This document shows positions 27,960 to 36,524 of a stretch of 42,455 nucleotides of DNA, piece after piece. The position numbers and the translations under genes were made by a program. Position 1 is the stretch's first letter; each line of letters starts with the position of its first letter. Origin of the DNA: an uncultured Nitrososphaerota archaeon (GTDB lineage: Archaea; Thermoproteota; EX4484-205; JAAOZP01); the NCBI GenBank assembly GCA_964416155.1, contig CAYQCW010000014.1, forward strand, positions 1-42,455. Reading direction: 5' to 3'. The notes under the pieces were generated by a model. It did no database searches and had not been told where the DNA came from. It saw nothing but the letters and a program-made list of their open reading frames with translations.

Positions 27960-29750
27960 TTAAAAATTCAGTCTCCACTCTAAGAACACTGTTTTAAAGC
28001 CGACTCTTATCCTCTTCTTAACCAGCTTCAGAGCCTCCAGATCATCTAGAATTTGCAGCAATCTATTAGCGTCAAAGACTTCCTCCGGATACCTAGACTT
28101 TATTTCCCTGAGCAGGTTCACCCCCGTCGTAGGAACCCTGGTTTTCGCCAATCGGTCCAACGTGAACAGTACTCTAAGCCAGTCTCCAGGTAGAAGCTCG
28201 AGCAGGTGGGTCTCAACCTCCCGGCTCTTCGAAGCGGCGAGAATGCTCACGCCAGCTATGGAGACGATTATCAGGGCGATGGGCAGAATGCTGCTCACCG
28301 AGGCCAAGAGGGTTCCTGCGGAGTAAACTATTTGGCTCCAGCCGCTGGCCAGCTCCAGCATCCTAATGGTTTCGAAGGAGGTTTGCTCAGCGTCCTCTAA
28401 AAATTCAACTGTACCATTGTCTGAAGCATATGTTTCATTCCGGCTTAAGACGGTTAAAGTGTAGTTTCTCACGATGCTGATGCCTATTGTCCTCGTTACG
28501 AGCCTGCCCTCGACGAATACGTTCAACTTCTTAGTCCAGACAACCACCTTGAGTAATGCTTCTCCCGACGCGACCTCATAGTAGGTCGCTGGGATTGAGT
28601 CTTTAAGCAGGATGCTCTGAGTTGTCCTAACCTTCCAGGGTTTGAACATCCAGTCGTTGGCTATCCTCGGGTTAAGCAGGACCATTTCGAAGACGATAGT
28701 ATAGTTTTTAGTCTCGGGAAGACTCGCCGGCACAAGCATTTCCCTGATCATAAGGCTTTCAGGCGACGCTTGATCATAACCCTCGATGCTTTGCCTATCG
28801 TACAGCAGCCATTCGGGTGAACTGAAGCCCACAGCTTGCCCTACAGCACCCTGAATCTTAAGATGGTTTATGGCAACTCCCTCTGCACTCTTAACTATGA
28901 TAGGTATGGAGATGAGCTGCGATAAGACGAAGAAAACTATAAACAGGGTTGCCTCCAAGACCTCGAGCCTCGACCTAGCGACTCTTTGAGCCAGTGTCCT
29001 ACCGCAGAAAGGGCAGAAATCACCCGTATTCCCGCCTTTGTCACATAGTTTGCAAGCACTCTCATCCATCTGCTCCTCGAAACCGCTCGCTGAAGCCTGG
29101 AGAGACCCCCTGTTAAACAGGAATAGGACCAGTGCTTCTGAGAATGATAAAAGCAGTAGCGTCAAGTCTGTGAACGGAACGGCTCTCAGAATATAGTATA
29201 ATGGCACGTGGCCCGCCGCAACCAAGAGCTTCAGGTAAACACTTCTTCTTGAAAACAGCAGGGGCGAGACTGCAAGCAGGGTGAAGAAGAGAGCAAGAAT
29301 GAAGCCTGTAAGAAGATTGCTTACAGTGAGCAGTGACAGTGCGGCGATGGTTAGTGGAACAGGTGAAAGAATCATCACGGCCAGAGTGTTCATGCGAATA
29401 GCCAGATACGAGTATGCGAAGAACAGTAGGGATAACGCGTGGAAAACCGGCTTTGCGGCGAAATATGACCCTGCAAGATAGAGGATTACTGAAGAGGCGA
29501 AAAAAAGGATCCCGGTTTTAATCCTCCTACCCCTGATTTCTATAAGCTTGTTAATAATCCGGCTTTTCAAAACCAAGTAGGCAAGCGTGACGCTGACAAC
29601 CGCTAACGCAGCATATGCTCCGTTGTTAGCAGCTATAAGGCTGGAGAGCTCGCCCAAGTCATTCCAGTAGAAAACCGTCGCGAGGACAAGCAGGGTTAAC
29701 AGTTTTGCATGACCGTATGAAAAACTTCCAGTGTTTGGAAGCTGGGGCAT
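27960..29750 (-). CDS. Membrane protein with exosortase-like TM region lacking the catalytic Cys, a Zn ribbon, an extracellular domain and a C-terminal wHTH-like domain
   Basis: VFYWNDL...GILF...LYLAGSY...HALSLLFF..P resembles exosortase N-terminal helices. CKLC-x9-CPFCG is present. C-terminus is LQILDDLEALKLVKK...EWRL. Confidence 0.6.
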   Translation of the reverse strand: MPQLPNTGSFSYGHAKLLTLLVLATVFYWNDLGELSSLIAANNGAYAALAVVSVTLAYLVLKSRIINKLIEIRGRRIKTGILFFASSVILYLAGSYFAAKPVFHALSLLFFAYSYLAIRMNTLAVMILSPVPLTIAALSLLTVSNLLTGFILALFFTLLAVSPLLFSRRSVYLKLLVAAGHVPLYYILRAVPFTDLTLLLLSFSEALVLFLFNRGSLQASASGFEEQMDESACKLCDKGGNTGDFCPFCGRTLAQRVARSRLEVLEATLFIVFFVLSQLISIPIIVKSAEGVAINHLKIQGAVGQAVGFSSPEWLLYDRQSIEGYDQASPESLMIREMLVPASLPETKNYTIVFEMVLLNPRIANDWMFKPWKVRTTQSILLKDSIPATYYEVASGEALLKVVVWTKKLNVFVEGRLVTRTIGISIVRNYTLTVLSRNETYASDNGTVEFLEDAEQTSFETIRMLELASGWSQIVYSAGTLLASVSSILPIALIIVSIAGVSILAASKSREVETHLLELLPGDWLRVLFTLDRLAKTRVPTTGVNLLREIKSRYPEEVFDANRLLQILDDLEALKLVKKRIRVGFKTVFLEWRLNF

Positions 29751-29757
29751 TTTAGTC

Positions 29758-30531
29758 TCAGCCCGGTGCGGATGGTGCTCTAACCACTGGGCCTAGTAAA
29801 TACCTGTATCTTAACAGCCTCTCCCTTTTCAAACATTCATACCCCATGTAGCGGACCATCCTGCCTGAGGATTTCGCTATGGATTCGCCCACTGACCATG
29901 CGAGGGGACACCCAACCCTTCCATATAGTGATGCGAGCCTTTCCTCGAGATATATTGGCCAGAAAACAGGTCTTCTAACAGTCATCTGGACTTCGTCGCC
30001 TCCAGCTTCAATCACGATGGATTCGGCGAGTTGCAGCCCGTCGACAATCACCTTAGGCAGGTTTCTGCAGAGGTATTGCAGTTCCAGCTTGCTCAAGTCA
30101 CCCATTTCAAGCTCGTAGATTCGAGTTAAGGGTTCAGCTAACCCTGGTAACGCTAAATAAGCTTCAGAGGAGGGGCCGTCCAAGTACACTTGTACACCAG
30201 TACCATCGTTAACTGGGACGAACAGGAGCTGTTCGCATGTAGTCAACGCGTCGGAGAGCACCTTAATATCTAGCAGCGTAGACATGATGACTGCGTTAGC
30301 AGTCGCGGCTCTAACCTGAGGCTCAACGGAGCGGAACATCAACAGTATTCCTGCAGGGATAGTGATGAGGAAGAGTATTTCAAAAAAAATGTTCCGCGTG
30401 ATCAACAGGAGGGGTAGGGAAAGCAGTCCGACTATGAGTAGGGCGGCACCGCTATAACTTGTTCTCCTCCACGATTCCCACCGTAGTCTCTCCCTCAGCT
30501 CTATAAGCTCCCCAGCTTCTCTCTCAGCCAT
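29758..30531 (-). CDS. Membrane-anchored protein (2 N-terminal TMs) with C-terminal GCPL-containing domain
   Basis: 257-aa ORF, first gene of a tight minus-strand run. The VGCPLAWSVGESIAK motif is reminiscent of V4R-like domains. Confidence 0.7.
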   Translation of the reverse strand: MAEREAGELIELRERLRWESWRRTSYSGAALLIVGLLSLPLLLITRNIFFEILFLITIPAGILLMFRSVEPQVRAATANAVIMSTLLDIKVLSDALTTCEQLLFVPVNDGTGVQVYLDGPSSEAYLALPGLAEPLTRIYELEMGDLSKLELQYLCRNLPKVIVDGLQLAESIVIEAGGDEVQMTVRRPVFWPIYLEERLASLYGRVGCPLAWSVGESIAKSSGRMVRYMGYECLKRERLLRYRYLLGPVVRAPSAPG

Positions 30532-30627
30532 TTATTCACATCTATATCAGGTTTTCAACTTTAACTTTTATCTCTTTCGCCAGCAGGCTTAAACAATGCT
30601 GAGCACCCCCTTTTCCAGCAGGCTGGT

Positions 30628-31971
30628 TTAATCCAACACGTTTCTTATCTTCTTATAGTTGAACAGCAGCTCAACCCCTTGGTCTGTCGCCCGGTAATAC
30701 CTGTCACCATCCACAATAGTCTCCATTAGCAGTCCCTTGTTAACCAGCTTCTTAACAAGTTCCCTAAGCTTGTTGTAGGATATCCCTATGTTGTACATAA
30801 TGGGAGTTAGCTTACTGGGACTGAGCGAAACCTCCTCGATCAGCTCCATGCAAAGATCCAGCTCAGACCTCCTCAACCTGTATTTTTTAGCGCTAACCTT
30901 TTCCCCTAGGAGCAACAGTATCTCCTTCTCGATTTTTTCAGCAATGTTGTCCATAAGGTCAACCATCCTGCGAGCCCTCCTCTTGAAGGACTCAGCCTCC
31001 TCAGGATTGATGAGATGCAGTGTTTCCGAGCATAGCTCCTGAGGATTCTTAGAGTGCGGCACATGCTTATGGAGTTCCTTAACAGGCTTAGACTCTTGCC
31101 AGTAGATGCCGCTTACGCACGGCTTGCATAGGACGAACGCCTCCATCAGCATGGTTTCAGCAGCCCCAAGCACGACATCCGCGAAGAAAACAGGGTTATC
31201 CGGAGTAGCAGTGTTGAAGATCGGGACTCCTATCCTTTCGAAACTCTGCCTCTGGTTCTCCTCCCGGGGAACAGCCACTATGCTGAACCTGCCCCTCCTG
31301 TAATCCGTGCTCCCCTTCAACATTCTAACAGCCTCCTCTAGCACAGGCTTTTCACCGGGGAAAAAGCTGGCGAACCTAGGTTCAGTTCTGACTAGCACGA
31401 TAGGGTGGGAAATCCCCATTTCTTTAAACGGGTCTTTGCTGGAAGGCCGGTACCCTTTCAAATAGGTCGTGTGAAAACCCTTAAACCACACTATTGAGGA
31501 TTCTTCCAGCACACCGTGCTCACGCAGCTCTTTCACAGTGTAGAAGCTGGGTGCGAAGACCTTATTCGAAAGAGGAAAAACCATTCTGTTAACGTGGAAC
31601 TCTCGCTCATCGTAAAACAGCGTCCAAGACGGGATGTTGAGGCCGAAAGCAGTTCTGATCGCCTCAGGCCACCTCTCGGTAAGCATTAGATTAGGCTTCT
31701 CAACGTTGATCAGCTGCACGAATCCCGACAAGGTTTCAGCGTATGCGCTCAGCTTACCGTAGAGCGTGCTTCCTCCATGTTTCCCAACAACCTTGTAGCT
31801 AATCTTCTTAGCGTCCAGAATTTCTAAAATCCGATCGTGCTCCCTAGCTGTCACCAGTATTTCAACCCTGTTCTTAAGCTTCTCTATGACCGGGTGGAAA
31901 AGATTAGCCTGGTAGGGGGTGCCGATTGCAAACCATATTTTAAGTTTTTTACTTCCCCGGTCCTGAGACAT
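30628..31971 (-). CDS. DUF354-like GT-B fold protein fused to a C-terminal ArnR1-like winged-helix DNA-binding domain
   Basis: N-terminus KIWF....P.Q..F...VTAR....VGKHGG..L.GKL, plus VRTEP and ETMLMEAFVL..P (DUF354-like). The last 86 aa, RRSELDL..L...T.IMYN.GISY..L..L..KGLL...Y.AT.QG..LL..Y, are HTH_45-like. Confidence 0.82.
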   Translation of the reverse strand: MSQDRGSKKLKIWFAIGTPYQANLFHPVIEKLKNRVEILVTAREHDRILEILDAKKISYKVVGKHGGSTLYGKLSAYAETLSGFVQLINVEKPNLMLTERWPEAIRTAFGLNIPSWTLFYDEREFHVNRMVFPLSNKVFAPSFYTVKELREHGVLEESSIVWFKGFHTTYLKGYRPSSKDPFKEMGISHPIVLVRTEPRFASFFPGEKPVLEEAVRMLKGSTDYRRGRFSIVAVPREENQRQSFERIGVPIFNTATPDNPVFFADVVLGAAETMLMEAFVLCKPCVSGIYWQESKPVKELHKHVPHSKNPQELCSETLHLINPEEAESFKRRARRMVDLMDNIAEKIEKEILLLLGEKVSAKKYRLRRSELDLCMELIEEVSLSPSKLTPIMYNIGISYNKLRELVKKLVNKGLLMETIVDGDRYYRATDQGVELLFNYKKIRNVLD

Positions 31972-31994
31972 TCAATATTTTTTTATGGTCATAA

Positions 31995-32063
31995 TATTTA
32001 AGGCTTAACTGTTTTAAAAAGTCCACAATAGTTCGAAATAGTTTAAAATAGTTTAAAAATTGC
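31995..32063 (-). promoter_or_regulatory. TATA box followed by a 10-bp-period repeat array upstream of the DUF354-wHTH gene
   Basis: TATTTAAG (31995-32002), gctt, then AACTGTTTTA AAAAGTCCAC AATAGTTCGA AATAGTTTAA AATAGTTTAA (32007-32056). Confidence 0.6.
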
Positions 32064-33217
32064 TAAGGCTCGAAATTCAGATGCAAATTTTTAAAGGGGC
32101 TGTCGAAAAGCAGGTCAAGGTATAGGACCCTGGTTCCTCGACCCTGTTTTTTAAACACAAGCCCCTCTGCCGGAATGGGTGAACCGTCTACACTCGCCCT
32201 TACTTTCCCGATATACTTAAGGATTCTGATGCCAAGTGTTAAAACCTGGTTTTTACGAAAGCGAGCATCCTCTACTCTACACTCGACGCTAACGCCCATG
32301 CTTCTACTGTTCTCCTCATAGCTTATCTTAGCCCTGCTTCTAGCCTCACAGTAGTTAGCGATATCTCCAAGCGTGCAGACCCATAGCTTTCCCTCCCTCC
32401 TCCTCAAATCGACGTATTCGAAAAGAGGCCTCAACGTGTCTTTAACGTATCTTGAAACATCACCATTCTTCTCAAGGTTCCAAGGGTGAAAACAGAGGTG
32501 GAAAACAGCCTCCTTGGATATGGCAAGGTCTAAAAGTGCTTTAAGCATGCTGGAATAAGTATAGTTCTTCTCCGACAGGTAGAAGAGCGGGTGAATGTTC
32601 CACAAACCGTTGTTTTTAGAAGGGTAGGCTAGTTTCCTATCTCTCCCCCTGTAAGCGATGAAGCCGAGCTCATTAAGAATGTTAAAATGCCCAGGCCTGT
32701 TCCAGGGGAATATGAAGGTTTCTCGCCCAGCTCCGGGAGGCAGGAGGCTAATCGTCCCGAGGATCTGCGATTTTGCAAGCTCTTCCGTACACTCAGGGTT
32801 GGAGAAGTCGACATGGTCAAAAGTATGGATAGCAAGCTCATGTTTAACCTTCGAGCCCAGTATTCGCTGAAAGACATTCTTCTCCCCCATGGCGGTCACT
32901 CCGCATATCGCCCATGTGACGGGAATGTTGAACTCTTCACAGAGCGCAAGTATTTCAAGAGTTGCCTCCCTGTCTACTTCCAACCTATCATCCCTCCTGT
33001 TGTCGAAATCGATAGATATGCAGAAGGCCCCGGCGCACCCTCCTAGGAACCTTGATATGAATACCTTCTCCCTTGGCTCCTTTCCCCTCTCGTAATCTAT
33101 TCCAAGAATCTTGAGCAGCCCGACAGCAACGCCATCCGGAACAATTCCTACGCTGACAAGCCTAAGCAACGCTAGCTTTGCGATCTTCTTAGCGTAGGGA
33201 AATACCGGCTGCGTCAA
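32063..33217 (-). CDS. Polysaccharide deacetylase family protein
   Basis: ISIDFD, PVTWAICG, HELAIHTFDH, FIFPWN and HLCFHPWN. Confidence 0.88.
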   Translation of the reverse strand: MTQPVFPYAKKIAKLALLRLVSVGIVPDGVAVGLLKILGIDYERGKEPREKVFISRFLGGCAGAFCISIDFDNRRDDRLEVDREATLEILALCEEFNIPVTWAICGVTAMGEKNVFQRILGSKVKHELAIHTFDHVDFSNPECTEELAKSQILGTISLLPPGAGRETFIFPWNRPGHFNILNELGFIAYRGRDRKLAYPSKNNGLWNIHPLFYLSEKNYTYSSMLKALLDLAISKEAVFHLCFHPWNLEKNGDVSRYVKDTLRPLFEYVDLRRREGKLWVCTLGDIANYCEARSRAKISYEENSRSMGVSVECRVEDARFRKNQVLTLGIRILKYIGKVRASVDGSPIPAEGLVFKKQGRGTRVLYLDLLFDSPFKNLHLNFEP

Positions 33218-33332
33218 ACGTGATTACTATGAAACGGGTTAAAGAGCTATTTAAATTAAACAGTTTCTACAGTCGAACAACTTTCAAAGGAAAAATTATA
33301 TATTACGCGGCAGCTAAAGTGTCGAAGACTAG

Positions 33333-34505
33333 ATGAGGATAGCGATGGTAAACGTCTACTTCTATCCGGACATGGTTGGAGGAGCAGAATGGTATGTCTA
33401 CAACATGTCACGCGAGCTTGTAAACATGGGGCACGAGGTGCACGTCTTCACAGGCAAGTATCCTGAGAAGAAGAATGCGCAATACCCCGACAGCGTTGAG
33501 GGTATCAGCATACATAGGGTCCACTTGGTCTTCAACTTTACGTATAGGCTGAAACTATGGAAGAATCTTGAGGAGGAAATAATCAGGGAAAGCCCCGATG
33601 TGGTTCACACGTTCGACTATGCTCAGTGGCACAGCTACGCCGCTTTGAAAGTAGCTTCAAGACTAGGGGTCCCGTCAGCACTCACGGTTTTCGATGTTCA
33701 CTCCATAATCCCACGCCCATGGTACAAGCAGGCACCGATGAGGATGCTTGACTGGATGGCTGGCAAGCTGGTTCTTCGCAGGGCTGACGCTGTCTTAGTG
33801 AGGGCCCCAAACCTGGTTCCCTTCCTCTTGAAAATGGGTGTTGAGAAGGACAGAATGTTCGTCACACCCTCCGGCATAAGGCTTGAAGCATTAGAGCAGG
33901 CAAACGGCTCCCGTTTCATCGAGAAATACGGCATAACTGGGAGGCCGATAGTGCTCTACTTGGGTAGGCTACATCCCTTGAAGGGGCTGACCTATCTTTT
34001 CAAGGCTGCACACATGGTGATTAAGGAGTTTCCGACAGCAATGTTCGTCCTAGTGGGCCATGGGGAGGAGGGCTTTAAGAACGAGCTTGTCAAGCTTGCA
34101 AGGGAGCTTGGCTTCGAGAGAAACATTGTTTTCACCGGCCCAATATACGATTTCCAAGAGAAGATGAGCGCCTACGCTTCCTGCGATGTCTTCGTGCTGC
34201 CCTCAGGCTACGAGGGCACCAGCCAGTCTATTTTCGAGGCGATGTCCCAGGGGAAACCCATAGTGTCCACCAGGAGGGGAGGCATACCTTTCCAGGTTGA
34301 GGATGGTAAGGAGGCGCTTCTCGTAGAGTATGGCGACGAGCAGGGTCTGGCCAGTTCTATCCTAAGATTGTTAAAGGAAGGGGAGACAGCTAGGGAAATG
34401 GGTTTGAGAGCTAGGCGGAAGGTTGAGGGTTTCACATATCCCGTGCTGGCGAAACAGGTTGAAGAAATATACTTTCAGCTAAAGTCAGCAATAGGACGGG
34501 CGTAG
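33333..34505 (+). CDS. GT4 family glycosyltransferase
   Basis: GGAE, LGRLHPLKG and PSGYEGTSQSIFEAMSQGKP. Confidence 0.95.
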   Translation: MRIAMVNVYFYPDMVGGAEWYVYNMSRELVNMGHEVHVFTGKYPEKKNAQYPDSVEGISIHRVHLVFNFTYRLKLWKNLEEEIIRESPDVVHTFDYAQWHSYAALKVASRLGVPSALTVFDVHSIIPRPWYKQAPMRMLDWMAGKLVLRRADAVLVRAPNLVPFLLKMGVEKDRMFVTPSGIRLEALEQANGSRFIEKYGITGRPIVLYLGRLHPLKGLTYLFKAAHMVIKEFPTAMFVLVGHGEEGFKNELVKLARELGFERNIVFTGPIYDFQEKMSAYASCDVFVLPSGYEGTSQSIFEAMSQGKPIVSTRRGGIPFQVEDGKEALLVEYGDEQGLASSILRLLKEGETAREMGLRARRKVEGFTYPVLAKQVEEIYFQLKSAIGRA

Positions 34506-34515
34506 CCTGAAATCC

Positions 34516-35484
34516 TCACCATCCTCCGAGAAGAATCATCACGGTGAGCGCCAGCAAGCCTATGAGCGCTTCAGACAAGAGAATTAGTAGGACAAGCCTC
34601 CTCTCAGACGTTGGGGCAACCCTCATGAAAGCATGTGAGAAAGCAGCGTAGCCCGGAGGGCTTAAAACACCAGCCTCGTTCACCGTGGTGTCCCCGTATA
34701 GGCGTCTCTGCGCAAAAGGCTTTCCATGCTGCATCTTCAACACAAAGTCGAAAACCGCGGGAATCATCAGTGAGACTGCCAAGAACTCCGTTCCGCCTAG
34801 GATGGCTGCTGAAGCTATGATCCCCCCGGACATCAGGGTTCCGGAGTCCCCGGGGAAAACCCTGGCCGGATACCAGTTGTATCTTAGGAAGGCCAGTAGT
34901 GCTCCCAGCGAGGCCAAGGATATGAAGGCAGCGCTCCACTCGCCGCGGGCAAGCGACACTATGCCTAGGAACCCACAGGCCACTGCGGCAAACCCTGCTT
35001 CCAAACCGTTGAAACCAGCCAGCATGTTCGTCAGGTTTGACGCAACGTTGACGGCTAGGATTATCACAAGCATGTAGTAGGCTCCGAGTTCAACACTTCC
35101 CACTAACGGGAGCCTGACGCTGCCAGCCCCAGCGTAGCACAGTGCCAGCGGCAAGCCTGCGAGCATCATTAGAAGAACCTTTCTCCTCTGCCTTAAAGTA
35201 AACATATCGTCTAGAAACCCTACGAACCCCGCTGAAACTATTGTTAAGCACGCTCCAATCCCAGCCCTGTCTAGACAGCCTGCGAGAAACATGAGGATGA
35301 ATGAGACAGAAAGCGTTAATAGTATTACCAGCCCCCCAGACTCAGCGCACTCAACCCTAACAGGTTTATGCACGTCAACACCAGTCCAACCCCTGCTCTT
35401 CAACAGTTTTATTCCGAGCGGCATCAGGAAGTATGTGAGGAGGAAGGATAGGGAGGCCCATGTTAAGGCAAACATAAAAGTCAT
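34516..35484 (-). CDS. UDP-GlcNAc:polyprenyl/dolichyl-phosphate GlcNAc-1-phosphate transferase (GPT/AglH-like, MraY family)
   Basis: GVDVHK, ESGG, GFLDD, NMLAGFNGLE and YNWYPARVFPGDSG. Polytopic. Confidence 0.92.
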   Translation of the reverse strand: MTFMFALTWASLSFLLTYFLMPLGIKLLKSRGWTGVDVHKPVRVECAESGGLVILLTLSVSFILMFLAGCLDRAGIGACLTIVSAGFVGFLDDMFTLRQRRKVLLMMLAGLPLALCYAGAGSVRLPLVGSVELGAYYMLVIILAVNVASNLTNMLAGFNGLEAGFAAVACGFLGIVSLARGEWSAAFISLASLGALLAFLRYNWYPARVFPGDSGTLMSGGIIASAAILGGTEFLAVSLMIPAVFDFVLKMQHGKPFAQRRLYGDTTVNEAGVLSPPGYAAFSHAFMRVAPTSERRLVLLILLSEALIGLLALTVMILLGGW

Positions 35485-35714
35485 GAGGCTCCCCCCTTCT
35501 CCGATAGCACTTCAGCCAGACGCCAGAAGCCCCTTGCCCCCAAGACCACGGCAGCAAAACTGGCGGCGAAGGATAGGGAAACAGAAGGTATTACACCCAG
35601 GTTTTTCGTTAACCCGTATGTTAATAGGGATACTAGTGTGATTGCTAGATAGATTATCATCAGCATGACTATCAGTAGCGAGTGTTTCAGGAAACTGTTT
35701 CTCGAAGTGCTCAT
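35481..35714 (-). CDS. Small two-TM membrane protein
   Basis: 77 aa, hydrophobic, lying between the nucleotidyltransferase and GPT genes with a 4-bp overlap. Confidence 0.7.
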   Translation of the reverse strand: MSTSRNSFLKHSLLIVMLMIIYLAITLVSLLTYGLTKNLGVIPSVSLSFAASFAAVVLGARGFWRLAEVLSEKGGAS

Positions 35715-35733
35715 GAATGCTTAGCCCCCTTTT

Positions 35734-36453
35734 TCACAAGGGTTTCTGGAACTCTGCAGCTCCTGAGGAAACGTAGGCATCAATCCTTTCGAAGTCGCTT
35801 ACAGTGCCTATGTCAGCCCAATAAGCCTCCTCGTAGAACGAGTTTAAAACCTTGCCCTCGCTTATCAGCCTTGGGAAAACATCCGTCTCCAAGCTGGACA
35901 CTTTTCCCTTAGGTATGTACTGGAATATTTCTTTCTCAAAAACATAGATGCCGGCATTAACCATGAAAGACATTACTGGTTTCTCTCTGAACGCTGTTAT
36001 TGCCGAATCCTGGCCTACCTCAACAAGACCATAGGGAAGCTTAAGCTCGAAGGTTTTCAGCGCTATCGTGCCGATCCCGCCCCTGCTCTTATGGAAGTCA
36101 ACTAACTTACCTATGTTCAGCGAGGTAACTATGTCGCCGTTCATTGCTAGGAAGGTTTCGGATATCAGGTGTTCAGCCGTCTTCAACTGTCCAGCTGTCC
36201 CAAGTGGAACATCAGACTCTGCAAACTCTATCTCCACCCCAAGGCTCCTCTTGCTCCTGTTCAAATAATCAATAATGTAGCCTTTCAAATAGGCCACGCA
36301 AATCACAAACTCCCTGAACCCGTAGGACTTGAAGTATTCTATCGTCCTCTCTATCAACGGTTTTCCGCCGATCGGCAGCAGGGGCTTGGGCACCAAGTAT
36401 GTTAGGGGCCTCATCCTAGTTCCGAGACCCCCGGCAAGTATAACCGCCTTCAT
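35734..36453 (-). CDS. Sugar-phosphate nucleotidyltransferase (mannose-1-P guanylyltransferase-like)
   Basis: MKAVILAGGLGTRMRPLT..PKPL, PLGTAG, NGD, FREKP, NAGIY and WADIG. Confidence 0.93.
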   Translation of the reverse strand: MKAVILAGGLGTRMRPLTYLVPKPLLPIGGKPLIERTIEYFKSYGFREFVICVAYLKGYIIDYLNRSKRSLGVEIEFAESDVPLGTAGQLKTAEHLISETFLAMNGDIVTSLNIGKLVDFHKSRGGIGTIALKTFELKLPYGLVEVGQDSAITAFREKPVMSFMVNAGIYVFEKEIFQYIPKGKVSSLETDVFPRLISEGKVLNSFYEEAYWADIGTVSDFERIDAYVSSGAAEFQKPL

Positions 36454-36524
36454 TGAACATTAAAGGATACGTAAGTATTTAAGTTTTGGAAAAGCTTATC
36501 TAACCAAACATCGCGAAAAACATA

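Noticed and set aside
32027-32056. CRISPR or iteron interpretation of the AATAGTTTAA repeats
   Set aside because: The units are 10 bp with no spacers, and no cas or rep gene is present. Kept only as a possible operator array.
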